DNA from: Eledone cirrhosa
Lineage: Eukaryota
Assembly: GCA_964016885.1 (NCBI GenBank)
Contig: OZ024740.1
Location: 136,090,001 to 136,154,000 of the forward strand
DNA length: 64,000 nucleotides
Direction: 5' to 3'
The position numbers and the translations under genes were made by a program. This document shows, piece by piece, positions 12,600 to 28,429 of this stretch; positions within the stretch are counted from its first letter, which is position 1, and every line of letters begins with the position of its first letter. The notes beneath the pieces were generated by a model. That model searched no databases. It was not told where the DNA came from and was given only the letters and a program-made list of their open reading frames with translations.

Positions 12600-14545
12600 T
12601 CAAAAAAACATGGTGCCTTCTCCAAGTGTTTTTCACCTCACTGTCTTCCTATCCTCTATGTCGGAATATTTGCTACAGTATGAAAGTGGCAAAAACGCAC
12701 GTCCAAACGCCGTCGACGCCACCATGACACATCAAGCTGACGGGGACAAAATAAACAACAACAAAAACAACTACTACTTCTAAAGCAGCAGCAACAGCAA
12801 CAGTAGCAACTGTAACAGCAACTACAAAAGCAACAAGAAAAGGAACAGTCAACCGTTCAACCAGCTAACCAAGCAACAAGCCAACCAGCCAGTAAATCAG
12901 CCGGCCAGTCAACCTGCGAACAACAAAACGTTTTCAAAGCAAACTGAAGCGCTACCAGCAACATAAAAACGATTCCCAAATAGCCAGTCGCTTTTTTGCG
13001 AACGTCTACACTAACCGGCAGATAAACGGGATAATTCCCAGTCCTGTGAGTTGATGGGAGGAGGGTGCTGGTGAGAAAGAATCCGAATAATGGGGACTAT
13101 ATCAATAATTTTAGGCACATAACTCTGCTAAACGCAGTTTAAAATTTTGGCTAGATGTTAGCGACGAGGCTGGCGATTGTCGTCGGTAGTCTGGTAGGGG
13201 AAGCATAGCCATGTGTCATTCTTAACAGACCCATTCTCGACAACCTCCATCATAGAGAGCGTGGCTAAAGAACTTAACACGGTTAGGGCCCTGATCAAAT
13301 TAGATTAATGGAAAGCTTTCGGTAAGATCGACCATCGGTACTTGACGGCAGTCCTCAGGCTAGCCGGCTTCGGGTTCGTTTTCAGAGGATGGATCGTTAC
13401 AATACACAGCGACATCTGTTCTGTGCTCAGAGTGAACAGTCACCTCTCGGAACCGTTCAACATCATGCGCTCGGTCCACCAAGCTTGCCCTCTCTCATCC
13501 TTACTGAATGTATTGACTCTCGAGTCATTACTACACGAATTGGAGACGTTAAGGGGCATCCCACGTGCACTAGGATGTGGGATATCCATGTCAGCATATA
13601 CAGACGATGTGACCGTAGTAATGTCGAACAGAAAACACATTGAGGTAATCGGCAGTGCTCTCGGGGAGAATAAAGCGGTAACAGGAGCGAAAATTAACCA
13701 GAAAAAGTCAGCAGTGAGAGAGAACGATCCGTGCCGTTCAACAGCGTCATCTACTACCGCCTGACTATCATGCGTTGTCCTTGTCCACGTCTGACTGCAC
13801 AGGAGCGATTTCTTTTTCGCTTTTTCGTGCCGATGGTCAGGTGATTCATTTGTTGTCGATACCCGCTGCATGAAGGACTGGGAATGCCGTGGCTGATGAT
13901 GCGCAAACATGCGCTGAGGCTACGTCATCTCCAGCCTTTCCTTGACGGTGAAGCGAAGACTGAGATGAGAGCTTAGTGACTGGAATGTTTTCAAACGCTC
14001 AGTGTCATCGGCCAATCGGTCAGTAGGACTGGGAGTAAACTCCACCTCGGCATTCTTACGGGCTTGGTGGCGGGTAAAAGTGACAACGTTCTTGAGGAGA
14101 TTGTGGGTGTCGATGAAAATCAACGAGCCACTCTTTTCGGGAAGACTTTCGCTCCAGAATCCATGGATAACTTCGATAAATTCATAACTTGGGGGTGCTA
14201 CCTGAGAGCATAGCTAGTTCGAGATAAACTCATGGAAGTGCCATCAGTCGGGTCTGCCCAAGATGCGCACAGGGTGATAAAACCGTCATGCACACACTCG
14301 TCTAATGTCCGAAAATTGCTGATTCGTGGGTTTATGTCAAACACCTGCTGTCACGAGTGTGACTGATCCGGCTATTAGCTGAGTCTATCGTGAAGATTTT
14401 CCCCACCGCCTTCCTTTAGCCGAGAAGGACAGGCAGATTTTTATCTGCCTGGTAGCCATGGTGTAAGAGTCCATGTGGTAGACACGTCTGAAGGGGTTGA
14501 AAACAATCACCTTCCTCTTCGGCGAAGCCCTGATTAACTTTTGTG
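12600..14545 (+). mobile_element. Old, degenerate Tx1-like element with RT remnants
   Basis: Decayed RT motifs KAFGKIDH, SVHQACPLSSLL and SAYTDDVT. Positions 13860-14545 align by eye with 10950-11685. Many stops and frameshifts. Confidence 0.75.
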
Positions 14546-15332
14546 AAATGCTTGAAAGAACCCGAAAGAACCCCGTGAGGTGGACTAACTTTTTCAATGC
14601 ATCGCTCGCCACCTTCCGGGGTAATGCATTCGCCATTTTGTCCACCGGGACCATAAAACATTTGCATGCTATCATAGAATCTTGAATGCGATTTAAATTG
14701 TAGAATTGTACCTTTCTTACTACTTCTAATATAACATTTAGATATATTAGTATATTAGTATGTCTATGAAGGATACAGTGGCTGCTTGTGCTTAAGGTAC
14801 AATGATGCTTAGTACTTTTAATAATTGGGGTGTTCATGACTTCCATAAGAGTATTTGTGACATACGCGGTTCGAAATTACTTCCACGGGGAAATCAAAGT
14901 AGAACACAACCTTGACTCGCTATGAACAAATGCGTTAGAAAAGTGTCGAAACATAGATGGAAGTATTATATTCAACAAACTTGTGAGTAAAATAATCCAT
15001 TTAGCCATAAAAATTAATTGCACCGTGAATGAAATTCTATTAATTTGTATCGTTATTTGATCAGTGTCTCTGAAATATGTAGCTTCAGTATAAACATGTT
15101 TTAATGTATATTATATACTTGTTTATAATTATTTGTGCATTAGCAGCAAACGTAGTTATAAAAGACACAGAAGCAGTTCAATTATTTGATACAATCTTCT
15201 GGTTGTGTTGAACATTACCAGCAATCGTGCAATGTAAATGAAATTTCCAACACCACTTCTTTTTCTAACGCTAATAGATACAATAAGACGGTATAACATA
15301 GAATTATAGAAAGCCAGGGTAGTATATAATTA

Positions 15333-15508
15333 ATTGTTTCTACTACAGGCTCAAGGCCAGTAATTTGATGGGGTGGTCGATTAAATCGACCCCAGGGCAT
15401 TACTGGTGCTTTATTTTATCGACCCCCGTAAGGGACGTAAAGGGCCATAACTCCATGCTACAAAGAATGGTGTCTGACTCTCTACCGATACTGCCAATCC
15501 ACCGCCCT
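15333..15508 (-). mobile_element. SINE family A
   Basis: Reverse complement of head, core and tail. Confidence 0.8.
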
Positions 15509-15880
15509 AGGGTACTATATAATTAATGAAATTAATATGTGTTCATTATCTAACAATACTGAGTTCAAATCTACCCATGAGTTAAATTTCTACATAAGGA
15601 AGTTAGGGTCTAACAACAACTGAAGCAGTAGAAATTGTGTGTCAACGTCCTCTCTCACACCCTTTACACATCAATATCAGCAGTACTAGTAGTAAAGGTG
15701 GTGACAGTTTGCTGTGATAAAACGTACAAACTCTTATACTATAGAACATTTTATAAAATCAATGATCTATGTGTAAAATATACTTACCACATATCTTCAA
15801 TCTATAAGCGAAGTTTATATCACTCGATCTTTAATATTCTGTAAAAATAGCAATCTTATTATAGACAATTTTATAATAAT

Positions 15881-16054
15881 TGTTTCTACTTTAGGCACAA
15901 GGCCAGCAATTACCCAGTGCATTACTGGTACTTTATTTTATCGACCCCGTAAGGATGAAAGGCAAAGTCAACCTCGGCGGGATTTGAACTCAGATCGTAA
16001 AGGGACGTAACTATGCTGGAAAGCATGGCGTCCAACCCTCTACCGATACTGCCA
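15881..16054 (-). mobile_element. SINE family A
   Basis: Reverse complement of the family consensus. Confidence 0.85.
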
Positions 16055-17435
16055 AAATAATAATTCCTTTATAGACCTTGTTTAACATACACTTAATAAA
16101 GTCGTTTATGAGAAGCTTGAGTGTTTCTCCAAGTATGTCTCTCCAATAACTGCTGTGCAATGACTCCTGTATTATAGGTGCCTCCTGTATTAACTCCTCT
16201 ATTTAGTGAATTTTCTCAAAGTTCAGTTTTATCAGAACTCCTTTTGAGCAGAGTTCTTTCCAAATCCCTAAAGTTTATCAAGAATTAATGAAGTATTTGG
16301 GAGAAGTGGTAAGCGTTTGATCATAACTCTGTTCAATCAGAGTTAACATAGAGCCAAACAACAACAAATAAGATAAATAGACCTCCACCGGTTTCGACGA
16401 TAAGTGTTCCAGTTGTTCGGTTAATGGAACAGCCTACTCGTTAAATAAACGTCTAAGTAACTGAGTATTCCAAATGAGTGCTTTTAAGTGTATGGGACAA
16501 GGCTGGCCTTTAAATTTACAGGTACAATCGATTCTGTCTATGCAATTTCACTTACAAAGTTTTGATCGAGGCGTGACTATGATAGGGCAGTCTTTCTCAA
16601 GATGCCGTACAGTGAGACCTAACCTTATAGTAAAACCAACTTCTTAGCCATTCGATGATGAAACAACAACGACATAAATTTATTAATAAGACACAAATAT
16701 ATTTAACCTATTTTTTAACTACATTTATATATTTTTTCTCATCAATACCATTTCTTTAAATATTAATATTGTTAACACCTATCTATGTTTTGTCTTGTTT
16801 TGTTTTGTTTATTTAATCTATAAAGATTTTGCCGTTATCAAAATACTTATTGAGAGTAGGATAGACAAAAATCTAAACTATAATAAAGGAAGGTCTGCGG
16901 GATTGTGTACGGTTTATTTATTTTTATCCCGTTTATAAAATAAGTTGGATTACTTTGAATAAATAATGAATGAATATTACATAATTTATCTACTAAATTT
17001 CGTGGCTGTTGATTAAATATATTTTGTTTATTTAAAGATTCACTTCTTTAAAATTTCTGAAATATCAACACTTCCGGTTGGCCCTTGCTTAAATAAACAT
17101 ACTAATTTTCTGTCACTAATTTTCTCCTAATGCAGTTTATATATAATATCGTCTTTTTTTAATGTATCATGGATTACGTTACTGATTAAATAAGACAGTG
17201 TAACGCAATCTTCGTTCAATTTCTATGTATTATATATTGTCAATTACGATTTTATTTAATGTATCATAGGTACATGTATATATAATTCAATTTGAATATA
17301 GATTGTCTGATGTAGTGATGCAACTCAAACCCACACCTATATATATGTGCGTGTATATATATATAAATTCATACATACATATATATATATATATATACAT
17401 ACATACATACATACATACATACATACATACATACA

Positions 17436-17466
<31 letters not shown>

Positions 17467-17467
17467 G

Positions 17468-17500
<33 letters not shown>

Positions 17501-17501
<1 letters not shown>

Positions 17502-17718
17502 ACGAAGGAAATGTGGTAAGGAACCAGGTGGACCATAACGCACCAAAGTACTCAATACTTAGGGTAGTAGAGTGGGTAATAGGAACGAGTAGGACCCCGA
17601 CGGCTGAGCTCAAGCCGTTTCGACGGCTAATTCTGGACTAAAGTTAGTCTAACATTAGTCCAGAATTAGCCGTCGAAACGGCTTGAGCTCAGCCGTCGAG
17701 GTCCTACTCGTTCCTATA
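17501..17718. mobile_element. Palindromic family B, copy 2
   Basis: Nearly identical to 6222-6403, with a longer centre (ctggactaaagttagtctaacattagtccag); inside (TA)n. Confidence 0.75.
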
Positions 17719-17730
17719 TATATATGTATA

Positions 17731-17803
<73 letters not shown>

Positions 17804-18020
17804 GATAAATTATCGTTATAGGTAAATCCAGTTAGAGGTTGTAAGTACTCTGTATTGTGGATAGTTTTAACGTACGGCGTTGTTTGACTCAACAAGAGGT
17901 TTCCTTAGTTAGGTAGCGAGTTCGCGGGAATGCCTATCCAGGTCATTCTTGGAGTAATAAAGTTAATACTGTAAATAAAACCCTTTTTGTACTGTTGACC
18001 AGGTTATTCTTCACTCTTTT

Positions 18021-19062
<1,042 letters not shown>

Positions 19063-19069
19063 GTTGATC

Positions 19070-19986
19070 GAGGTCTCTGGACTGGTAGAATCGTTAAAGC
19101 GTCAGACGTATGCTTTGCGGTATTTGTTTCAGCTTTTTACGCTCTGAGTTGAAATTTCACTTATGTCCACTTTACCTCTCATCCTTTCGAGTTCAATAAA
19201 ATATCGTACCAGTCAATTATAGGGCCCATTTAATCGAATTCTGCAACCACTTCCTCAAAAATAAAAAATAAATTGCTGAAGCCATTATTTTGATTAATCT
19301 GGATTAAGGAGCTGTATGAATCGCCTTCGCAAGTCTTCGTCATCGTTGTCGTCATTACTGTTGTTGTTTAGAGGCGGTGGATTAGCAATATCGGTAGAGC
19401 ATCGGACAATATGCTTTGCAGTCTAAAGTTACGGCCTCTTACGTTTTAAGTTCAAATCTACCGAGATTAGTTTTGCCTTTCATCCATACGGGGTCATAAA
19501 ATAAAGCACCAGTTACGCACTGAGGTCGATTTAATCGACTTGCCCCACTTCCCCAAATAGTTGGCCTTGTACCTAAATCAGAAACTATTAGGGCGGTGAA
19601 TTGGTAGTATCGGTAGAGCGTCGGACAATATGCTTTGCAACATAAAGTTACGACCCAACCAAAATGGTTGGCCCTGTGCCTAAATCAGAAAACTTTATTA
19701 TTGTTGCTTATCCCAAGTCAACCAGATTGAGAAGAACTATGATCAAAAGCATTCAAATAGTAACTATAGCCTTTTTTAAGAATATATAGGACTACATTAT
19801 CGTATGTGTCCTTTGCTGCTATTTCTAGCAAGTCGTGCGATTAACTACGATGACATGGATATAAAATTAGCTGGTTCGTTTACTCTTTAAACCATAAAAT
19901 CAATGTTGGAGTTTAAACACGCATCCCAATGATAGACAAACATTAATGAATATATTTCCATATCTATTATATTTATCTAGCTATTT

Positions 19987-20056
<70 letters not shown>

Positions 20057-20220
20057 ATGTTTTTAAGATGTCAAACAAAATGTTTTATTTATGCTGTATT
20101 TGTTTCGGCTCTTCACGTTCTGAGTTCAAATCCGGCTGACAATAACTTTATCTTTTATCCGTCTATGGTTTATAAAATAACCTACAGTCAAATACTGGGT
20201 TCAGTTTAATTGACTTTCCT
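19070..20220 (+). mobile_element. Cluster of SINE family A copies (about 19070-19280, 19372-19587, 19590-19690, 20085-20220)
   Basis: Repeated ggcggtgRattRgcaRtatcggtagag heads, gttcaaatc boxes and aaatcagaaa tails. Confidence 0.75.
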
Positions 20221-21454
20221 TTTCTTTCTGTGACTAAATCATAAACCTTTATATTATATGTTGTTTACATGCATTCTAACGCACGTAGTTTATTTATTTT
20301 CTTCTGATATTGCTGCACACAAAGATCTCGTTAGTACTCCAGTTCCACTTCAATTCCTATTTTATAAGAAATATGGATGACGTTGATCTTGTTAACATAT
20401 TCTCTGATCTCGCTAAGTGGACAAAATGAATGAATTATAAAAGTTATAAAAGAAATGTGAATGTCTAGTTTTATCGGGAAATATATAAACTATAAAATAA
20501 AAATAATATAACATAAAAGGTAAAATATAATAAATTAGAAGAGTTTGTTGAATGGCAACAAGTTGAGTTGCCTATGGCAATGGAAAAAGCAGACTTAACG
20601 CTGTCTCATCGGCAGAGTGTGCTCAAGGAATAAACGACATTACCCGAGCACGTTGCGTTAAAGAGTTTTCGCTCGAAACGTCAATTTTTTTCATTGCTTG
20701 TGGCAACCGAATTTATTGACATTCAAGAAATCTCCTGGATTTGCTATTACCATTGTTGCCGGTGCTGATTCTCACAAGTTTCTCAAAATTCCATATTTTT
20801 CTTTTACAAATATATCAATTCAACCACTAAGCTGAACAAAATGTATTTTGTTATTCGAACTGTTACCATTATTTCGTTCGACCACTGAAATTAAGCGACG
20901 TATTAACTGAAAAATCCAGAGTATAGGAGTCGTTATGACTACTGCATTGAGCTCTTCCAGCCGTCGTCGTCGTCGTTTAGCTACAAATAAGCTAAATCGA
21001 TCAAACCAATTTTCTGAGGCATTTCAGCTTTGATCATCCCATATAAGGAATGCATAGTTCAATGCATTTTTTTTCTTGGGGTTTAAAGAAAATTTAGTTT
21101 CCGTCAAACCCCAAGAAGTCGAGCGACCACTTGAAACTGGCTCGTAGTTTTTTCAGAAGAAATGCCGAAGCTATTGTACCGAATATATTGTTAAATGGAT
21201 AGTTTGTTAGTTTTCTACAATACATTGGAATATCACGGTCATAATTGTTGACGAGAGTTAGTAAAGTAACTGAATATTAAGTACCCATTTCTCTCCAAGG
21301 CAAAAGAAATCCTGCATAGATGACCAGTTGGTGGCCAATCATACTAGACGTTGAGTGAAAGCCAATACAAAAAGTAGTTGTAGTTTTGTAACTATGAAAA
21401 CCTAGATTTGCTTAGTTCTGTTATATCATAAATCAATGGAAATGAGTGAGAAAA

Positions 21455-21645
21455 GCCAACACGATAGGCTCTACACGTAGTCAAATCTCCTCCAAATCAC
21501 ACCACACTGTCTTAAAGAAAGGAAAAACACGTTGAACAATGTAGTTCCTGATATCCAGAAAAGACGAAGAGAGGATGGTCACGGCTGTAACTCATTTGAT
21601 CATAGGTTTGCTTGATCAAGGGTGATATGAAACTCAACAACAACG
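21455..21645 (-). repeat. Old dispersed repeat (other copies at about 2820, 19700, 20970, 27070, 53480, 56530, 57910)
   Basis: Shared blocks cctatgatcaaa...cagccgtgacc and gctgctatttctagc...gcgaccac. Class not determined. Confidence 0.55.
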
Positions 21646-23819
21646 AAAGGTTGCGACTGCAAACAAAATTTATAATCTGCTAACATTAAAGTCTTGTCAC
21701 ATTTATAGGAAATAATATTTGATATAAAACAAAAATGCCATGCTGTTTTAAATTGATGAACTATTTGACACAGCTAGACTCTGTTAGGGCAAGGGTGGAG
21801 GAAGAGGAGATTATGAAATATTCCGGAAGATAACTTAGCAGATGTTTTGTCAAACTAAAAGATAACATACCCCCAATGAATGTGTGTGCGTTAAGGATTA
21901 TTTGAAATGTACTGCAGCTGCTTGTTGTACTAGATGTATTAGTATGCTAGAGTTCATAAAAACTCTTTTTTTTTTATTTTAAGAATACTTTCCTTAAAAG
22001 TAAAATATAAGTGATAAGGATTTTAAAAATCTAATTGAACTGGTTTTCATAAAGCTGCTAATTTTGAATATAATTAAAAAGTAGTCACACCACTTCCCTT
22101 TCTGCAACTACTTCTGATCAGCTTATTTATTCGCTGTAAGTGACTGTGGGGGTTGAAAGATGAAATTTTGTCAGGCAAAGGTACGAAGAGGTAAATGCCA
22201 AAACAAACCTAAGTGAGAATTAACCTCAGAACATAAACAGAGAATTAAATTCTCTTAAATACATTTACTACGACACACCATCGTTTCTGTCTAAACGCTG
22301 CCTTCATAGCTATGTGATACTTTAGCGTAGTCAAATTGAGAGTTTTAGAAGAATTCATGATGGCTTAGACAGGAAAAGTGATACTATGTGCAAATGTATA
22401 TTATCAAAATGTTATTTATGCCTTGTGGCGTAACATTTAAACTTTAAACAGTTAGAAAAGTTGTTTGTTGTTTGTACTTAGCATCGAAGACTATGAAATA
22501 TCAAGACGAGAACACGCAAGCAAAGAAACAGTATTATCTCTTATTAGAATTGATGAAGGAAGAAAGATAAACTAAAAGGAAGAAAGCTAAACTTTGAGAG
22601 CGTATAATTTTCCTCGGTGATTAACCTGAATCATAATTGAATCAAATCAAGCTGATTATATAATTATAATCCACCTGATTACAGGGTTTCGATCAGATAT
22701 CAAATAATTGGGAACAAAGTTGTTTGAAAGCTGTTTGCCTCATACTTTACAAAATTAATTTCTTGTCTGAGTGCAAAGCTCTAAAATTTATCGAGAAGAT
22801 TAAATGAACAGTTGTGATAGTTATGCCTTTCCAAAGACCCTTGTTGCCATCAGTAAAGTGAAGGGATTCAGGCTTAGTTAAGAAGGTTATCTAAAGTGTA
22901 TTCTACCGTTATCTAATATTTAAACTATACTTATAACGAAAGAATTACATTTGTAGTTAAATGCAATAACAGAACTGGAATAAGGTTTATGAAACTTTGA
23001 AAGAATCGAAATTGAATACGATTCTATAAGAATGCGAATGGACATTTTCTGGAATTTAGCCTCATATTCAACAGATTTCTATTTAAAATATTTTAACAGT
23101 AATAAATATACGACTACACCATTTTTCTTTTTTTTAATTCTCGTGCCGTAATGCGTAAAGACAAAAGAAACACTGTGTTTGGAATGTAGGATGTATAAAA
23201 GCCATTTAGTATTTTATTACAATAACATAATGACAAAGCTATTTTACGGGAACAATATTCTCGGAGAGTGTGTTATGTATTCTCCAGCAGATATAACTGG
23301 AATGCCACTTTTAGATATGTACAAAACATATAATAAATTTACACAGCTGTATAAAAACAGCAGAGGAATGCTTGTTTTATCAGTCACAGTTTGATTTATT
23401 TGTTTTCGTTTCTTTTCTTTTTTTTTCGTTTTTGGTTTTGCTTTGATTTTTTGTGGGGAGTGGGGAGTAATCATTCTTTTAGTCACAAGAATAAATAAAT
23501 TATTTCAATGATTGAGAACTGTGTTTGTATTACCATGAATTAGTATTATTGGTATAATTATTTATGCAATAATTGGCATCATTGTATATTGTATTCAATG
23601 TTAAAATGCCTGAGACTTTATTTTCATGCAGCTGTTGTTCCCTCTGTTGCTGCTATTGTTGTTATTGCTGTTGTTGTTTTCCACTATTTACAAAATGCTA
23701 CTTCCTCAGATGAAACTGTAGAAAACATAAATCAGATAAGATTTGTCGTTTCTTAATTGTGGGATATAGAATTCAGAAATGTTTTTGTATGTGTGTATAT
23801 TTTATTTCTTTCTTTCTTT

Positions 23820-25243
23820 CTATCGGATGTTTCCTAAACTTACAGATTTGCTAGTGTTCTTGTGACTAATGTTATTATTTTGGCTTTTGATGCCGTTGTT
23901 GTTGTTGTAACTGCTACTGCTGTTAGTTTTGACATTATCGCCGTCGTCAAAACTGTTATTCGTGTGGTTTCGTTGAGCTGGGTCGTGGTTAATGAGAAAT
24001 ATCTGATTGCTGACTGATGAATGAAAGAGAGAAGGATATAAACCCTTTTCTTCGTGGTAACGCTTTCTACCGGAATTCGGCTTCCATAATGGTTTTGAAG
24101 AGGTATTATGGTCAGATAAACTCCAGATATCGCTGGCTTCACTTACTTTAAGATTTCTATTTCCTAGTGTACTTTGTTCTTGCTCTTCCTCTCCATGCTG
24201 TTGCTGATGATGTTTATTTTCGAGTAATTGTTGTTCTTTGTCTTGTTCCTTATGTTGTTCTTGCGTTTGTTGTTCGTATCGTTGAAGTTGTGAAGTCGTA
24301 ACCTTTTGTGTTTGTTGTTCATTTTGTTGAAGTTGAGAAGTTAATCCGTTTTGTCGCTGTTGATCTTGCTTCGGCTCTTCTGATTGTAGTTGTTCTTGTT
24401 GTTGGTGGTGTTGTTGTTGTTGGTGGTGTTGTTGTTGTTGTTGTTGTTGTCTCTGTCTCATCAATAGTAGTTGTCTTTGACGTATTTGATGCTGCCTCAC
24501 TAGTTTTTTTCTCAGTTGTTGCTGCCTTTCCCACAATTCTGATCTCTTCTTTTCTAGTTCTTTCCAAAATTTTTGCCGTTGTCTCTCTCTTGCAAGATAT
24601 TCTTGTAAATATCGTTTTCTTGCATTATTTTCTTCATCTTCTTCATTCTCTTTTTCTTCCTTTTCTACTTTATCTGTATTTTTAACATTTGTCTTTTCTT
24701 TTACTATTTTTTCTTCAGTTCCTGACAATTCTAAATTATTATCTTTTTTTTGCTGTTGCTGTTGTAGTTGTTGCTTTTTCTTTTGCTGTTGTTGTTGTTG
24801 TTGTTGTCCTTGTTCATTTTCCTCTTTTAAATGCTTCACTACAGTGTTATTATCTGCTTCGTTACGCACTTGCTTTTTGTTCCACTGAGACCCATTAATT
24901 ATTCCTTTTCCTTCTGTACTTGTTGACAAACTACCGCCTTCTTCATTTCGTTGTTGATCATCTCTCGTAGTTAAAACCAGTTTCTTCGAGCTCTTTTTCG
25001 GTAACATAACTCGTGCCCGACGACTAGGATCGTTCGGTTTCATGTTAACATGGATTCCATCCCGCAAGCTACTCTTCCAAGTTGGGGTACAGTTGTTATC
25101 TTTTTTCCAATTACACACAACACCATCGAATATCAGGCCAAAGGGACACTTTTGACGAAAACCTCTCCCGTTTGCACACAAGTAAAAATGTTCACAAGAT
25201 GTCGGATCGGTATATATCCCAACTGAAGAAGGGCAAGTAAATC
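23820..25243 (-). CDS. Terminal coding exon: chitin-binding type-2 domain 2 plus Q/E/K/R-rich low-complexity or coiled-coil tail
   Basis: Acceptor TTTTGAAACAG| at 25244, phase-compatible with exon 2 (GCA G|GA). Reads GFTCPSSVGIYTDPTSCEHFYLCANGRGFRQKCPFGLIFDGVVCNWKKDNNC, then about 420 aa open to TAG at 23820-23822. Extra exons hidden in the 30.5-kb intron cannot be excluded. Confidence 0.9.
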
Positions 25244-25332
25244 CTGTTTCAAAAGAAATAGAATATTAGTCCCAATAATAATTTCAAAATCAATTCGTAA
25301 ATTCGTATGTTCTTGTATTATACACTATACGC

Positions 25333-25378
<46 letters not shown>

Positions 25379-25431
25379 TACATACATACATACATACATA
25401 CATACATACATACATACATACATACATACAT

Positions 25432-26037
25432 GGTGGCTGCCAACTCGTTTTCGAGTACGGCCACTACTTTATATCCATGTAGGAGAACTCCTACCAATGC
25501 GCTGAACGAGTGACATTTTAGTCCAGCCAGCAACTTGAAAACTCTGGTACAAACACTACACTTGTGACAATTATTGACACATAGTGCTGGGCCCATGGTA
25601 CCATGTGACGACAAGTGCAGAGAGATTTCCAGATACAAAGCAATGCCTGTGCCGTGAAGCTTTTATAGTGAGCAAGGGCACTGCACAAAGCCAGTCCCAC
25701 TCTCTTAACCAAGATGATATTTACCAAAAAGAAGAACAAGTCAACATCATTGGATACCATCAGGGTTGCAGATGTTATATCAGAGTTTTCCTTCTCCTAG
25801 AATTCTGCCTTGACAAAGACTAAGGGGTCATCTCTCCCGGTGATTTTGGATGGCCATTGACTCTTAAGAGCTCCTTTGCCCTTTGACAGGTTTTGTTTTT
25901 AGTCCTGCAGGATGTCCAAAGTCACCCTCCTCACCAAGAAACCTTGGTGGGGTTGCCAGTTTAGTCGCCAACGACCCGACCACGAGACAGGTTGTACTGG
26001 CATACATGTTACCAGTAGCACCAACTGGTGACCTGAC
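25432..26037 (-). mobile_element. Bipartite RTE-derived element, copy 2
   Basis: Reverse complement of 1693-2297, with (CATA)n on both sides. Confidence 0.8.
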
Positions 26038-26074
26038 ATACATACATACATACATACATACATACATACATACA

Positions 26075-26105
<31 letters not shown>

Positions 26106-27684
26106 GTATGTATATATGTATATATATGTGTATGTGTGTGAATGTATGTATGTATGTATGTATGTATGTATGTATGTATGTATGTATGTATGTATGTATG
26201 TATGTATGTATAATGTTTTTCCGAAGAGGAGCGGAAGAGAACCACAGTTAAATAAGGTACTCAATACATTGCTAGAGAAGATACACATCATTTCATATAG
26301 AAATGACTTCTATAGGACTAGAACTGTTTCATTCGTTTGTAACAATTAATAAACAAGAGAATTATATTTTTAAATACAGTAACTTATGAATGGAGAGCGA
26401 ACGCTTAGAGCATTGTTTCTGGAATGCAAAACCTCAAGTCTGTGTTGCTTGCGGACAGAATTGCGAAAGCGAGAAAGATCTGCTAAAAGAACCAATACAA
26501 CTGACAGCTCTCATTCCTGTAAACGGTTATGTTTTAATTTCTTCTCAATTACCTTCTTTAAAACTATCGTTGTACTTTTTGAGCGTAGGTGAAATTTTTA
26601 ATCAAATTATTTCACAAAATCATTTGTTTTATTTAAACTTATTTTAAGTTAACTTTTTTTTTTTAAAATTAATATGCATTTCATTATTTTGTATAATCAT
26701 CATGAAATTTGAATAAAATTAATTAGAATTATTTTATCTATGAAACATTACTGATGTTACTCACTGTATGCACCCAAGATGGACCCATCATATAACGTTT
26801 CAAAATTAAAAAGTAAGAAAACAAGATACAAAAAATTACACTTCATATTTCTTGCTTATTAATTCAAAAATTAATGCCAACTGAGCCAGAAAATTCTTAG
26901 TACATGACCAGTTGATGACAAGGCAAATGTATAATCCACATTAGATAACTCCTCACATATTCTAGACTGATGACATACACATAACATTGCATATTACATC
27001 AACGCCACCCTGCAAAACCGAATAATTTATGAACATTCACTCACTAATGTACTGCTTATAACCACTATTGAGCAACGAAGAAAACTCTACGTGGTCGCTC
27101 GACCTAGTAAAAATAACAGCCAAATTTCCCTTATATAACACCTAACCGTGGTAAAAAAAAACACAGAGGACATATTAGTTAATGTAGTCCTAGATAGACT
27201 GTGCTCGGAAAAGAAGAGGTTATGGTTATGTCTAGAATGTCTTTGATCATAGGCCTGCTCTATCACAACTGATCGTGCAGTGAGCAACCGAACATTATAA
27301 AATTGAGGAGTGTTTTATTAACTGTAAACATTCAGTTCAATTCCTATTATAGGTTTTATCAGAGGAAAACACTTTCACTGATCTTTGTTATTAGAGCAGA
27401 TATGTCATGAAAAGTAAAATGATTGATTGCCGTCAAACAACAGACGAATAGTTGAACATTTTTAGTTGTCATTCATGCGTCTGCTACACTAACAGGTTAC
27501 AATTATTCTATAATTTATCTACCTATCAACCTACCTACCGACTTACCGGCGGAGTCAGGACATATTTATTCACTGACTCACCCATTCATTCACTTATTCT
27601 TAGTATGACTTTCTAATCTTCACTTTGAATTATTGTAGGGATATAAAAAATATCATAATCGAGGAGAGATTGAGAGAAAGAGCA

Positions 27685-27742
<58 letters not shown>

Positions 27743-27789
27743 TGGAGAGATTGGGAGAAGAAGCGGTGGATATATATATAGAGAGAATT

Positions 27790-27834
<45 letters not shown>

Positions 27835-27835
<1 letters not shown>

Positions 27836-28200
27836 TAAAAACAAAAAAACAAAAACAATAACGAAGAGTGCAGTACAAACAGTGTTAGTATTAGGTTCAC
27901 GCTTGGGAGTGGGGGAGTGGAGGACGACGTTTCGGGCATAAGCCTTTCATCGGGAGAAAAGTGGGAAGGAAAAGAGTTTCGAGGGTGTGAGGGGGAATGG
28001 TGGAAAGACATTAAAAGGGGGGGAAAACTAAAGGGAAGGAGAAAAAAATTAAAATGAGGATAAAAAAATGAAAATGAAAACAAGTGGGGAAAGGGCGTGT
28101 AGCGGTGGTGGTGGGTGGATGGAGGGGGGAAGGGGAGAAGGAAACAGGGGGTCCGAGCGGGGAGGGTGGAAGGTGGTGTGTGTATGTGTGTAGGTGGATG
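27835..28200 (-). mobile_element. Penelope-like 3' end with a minimal hammerhead-like motif
   Basis: Minus strand CCGATGA-AAGGCTTATGCCC-GAAACGTCGTC (27952-27923), preceded by a pyrimidine-rich tract and ending at (TA)n. Confidence 0.55.
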
Positions 28201-28395
28201 TGAGTGTATATATAGGAGAGAGTGAAAGAAAGAGCGGTGGATATCTAACTCTTTAACTCTGTTGCCTGTTCCAGCATCCGGCTGAGGCCATTATAAGGGG
28301 TCTGACGAGCCGTTTCACTCGTGTTCACTCTTAAACTTGCTATGTCTTATTTTATATTGTCTTACCTTTACTTTCTAATAGTTAGTCTAGTCTAA

Positions 28396-28429
<34 letters not shown>

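Noticed and set aside
14850-14980. Possible mariner transposase C-terminal relic
   Set aside because: Only a few residues resemble the motif and no TIR was identified.
23801-23806. AATAAA (minus strand) as the host polyadenylation signal
   Set aside because: It is only 14 nt past the stop, and several other candidates lie downstream in AT-rich sequence; it cannot be chosen without transcript data.
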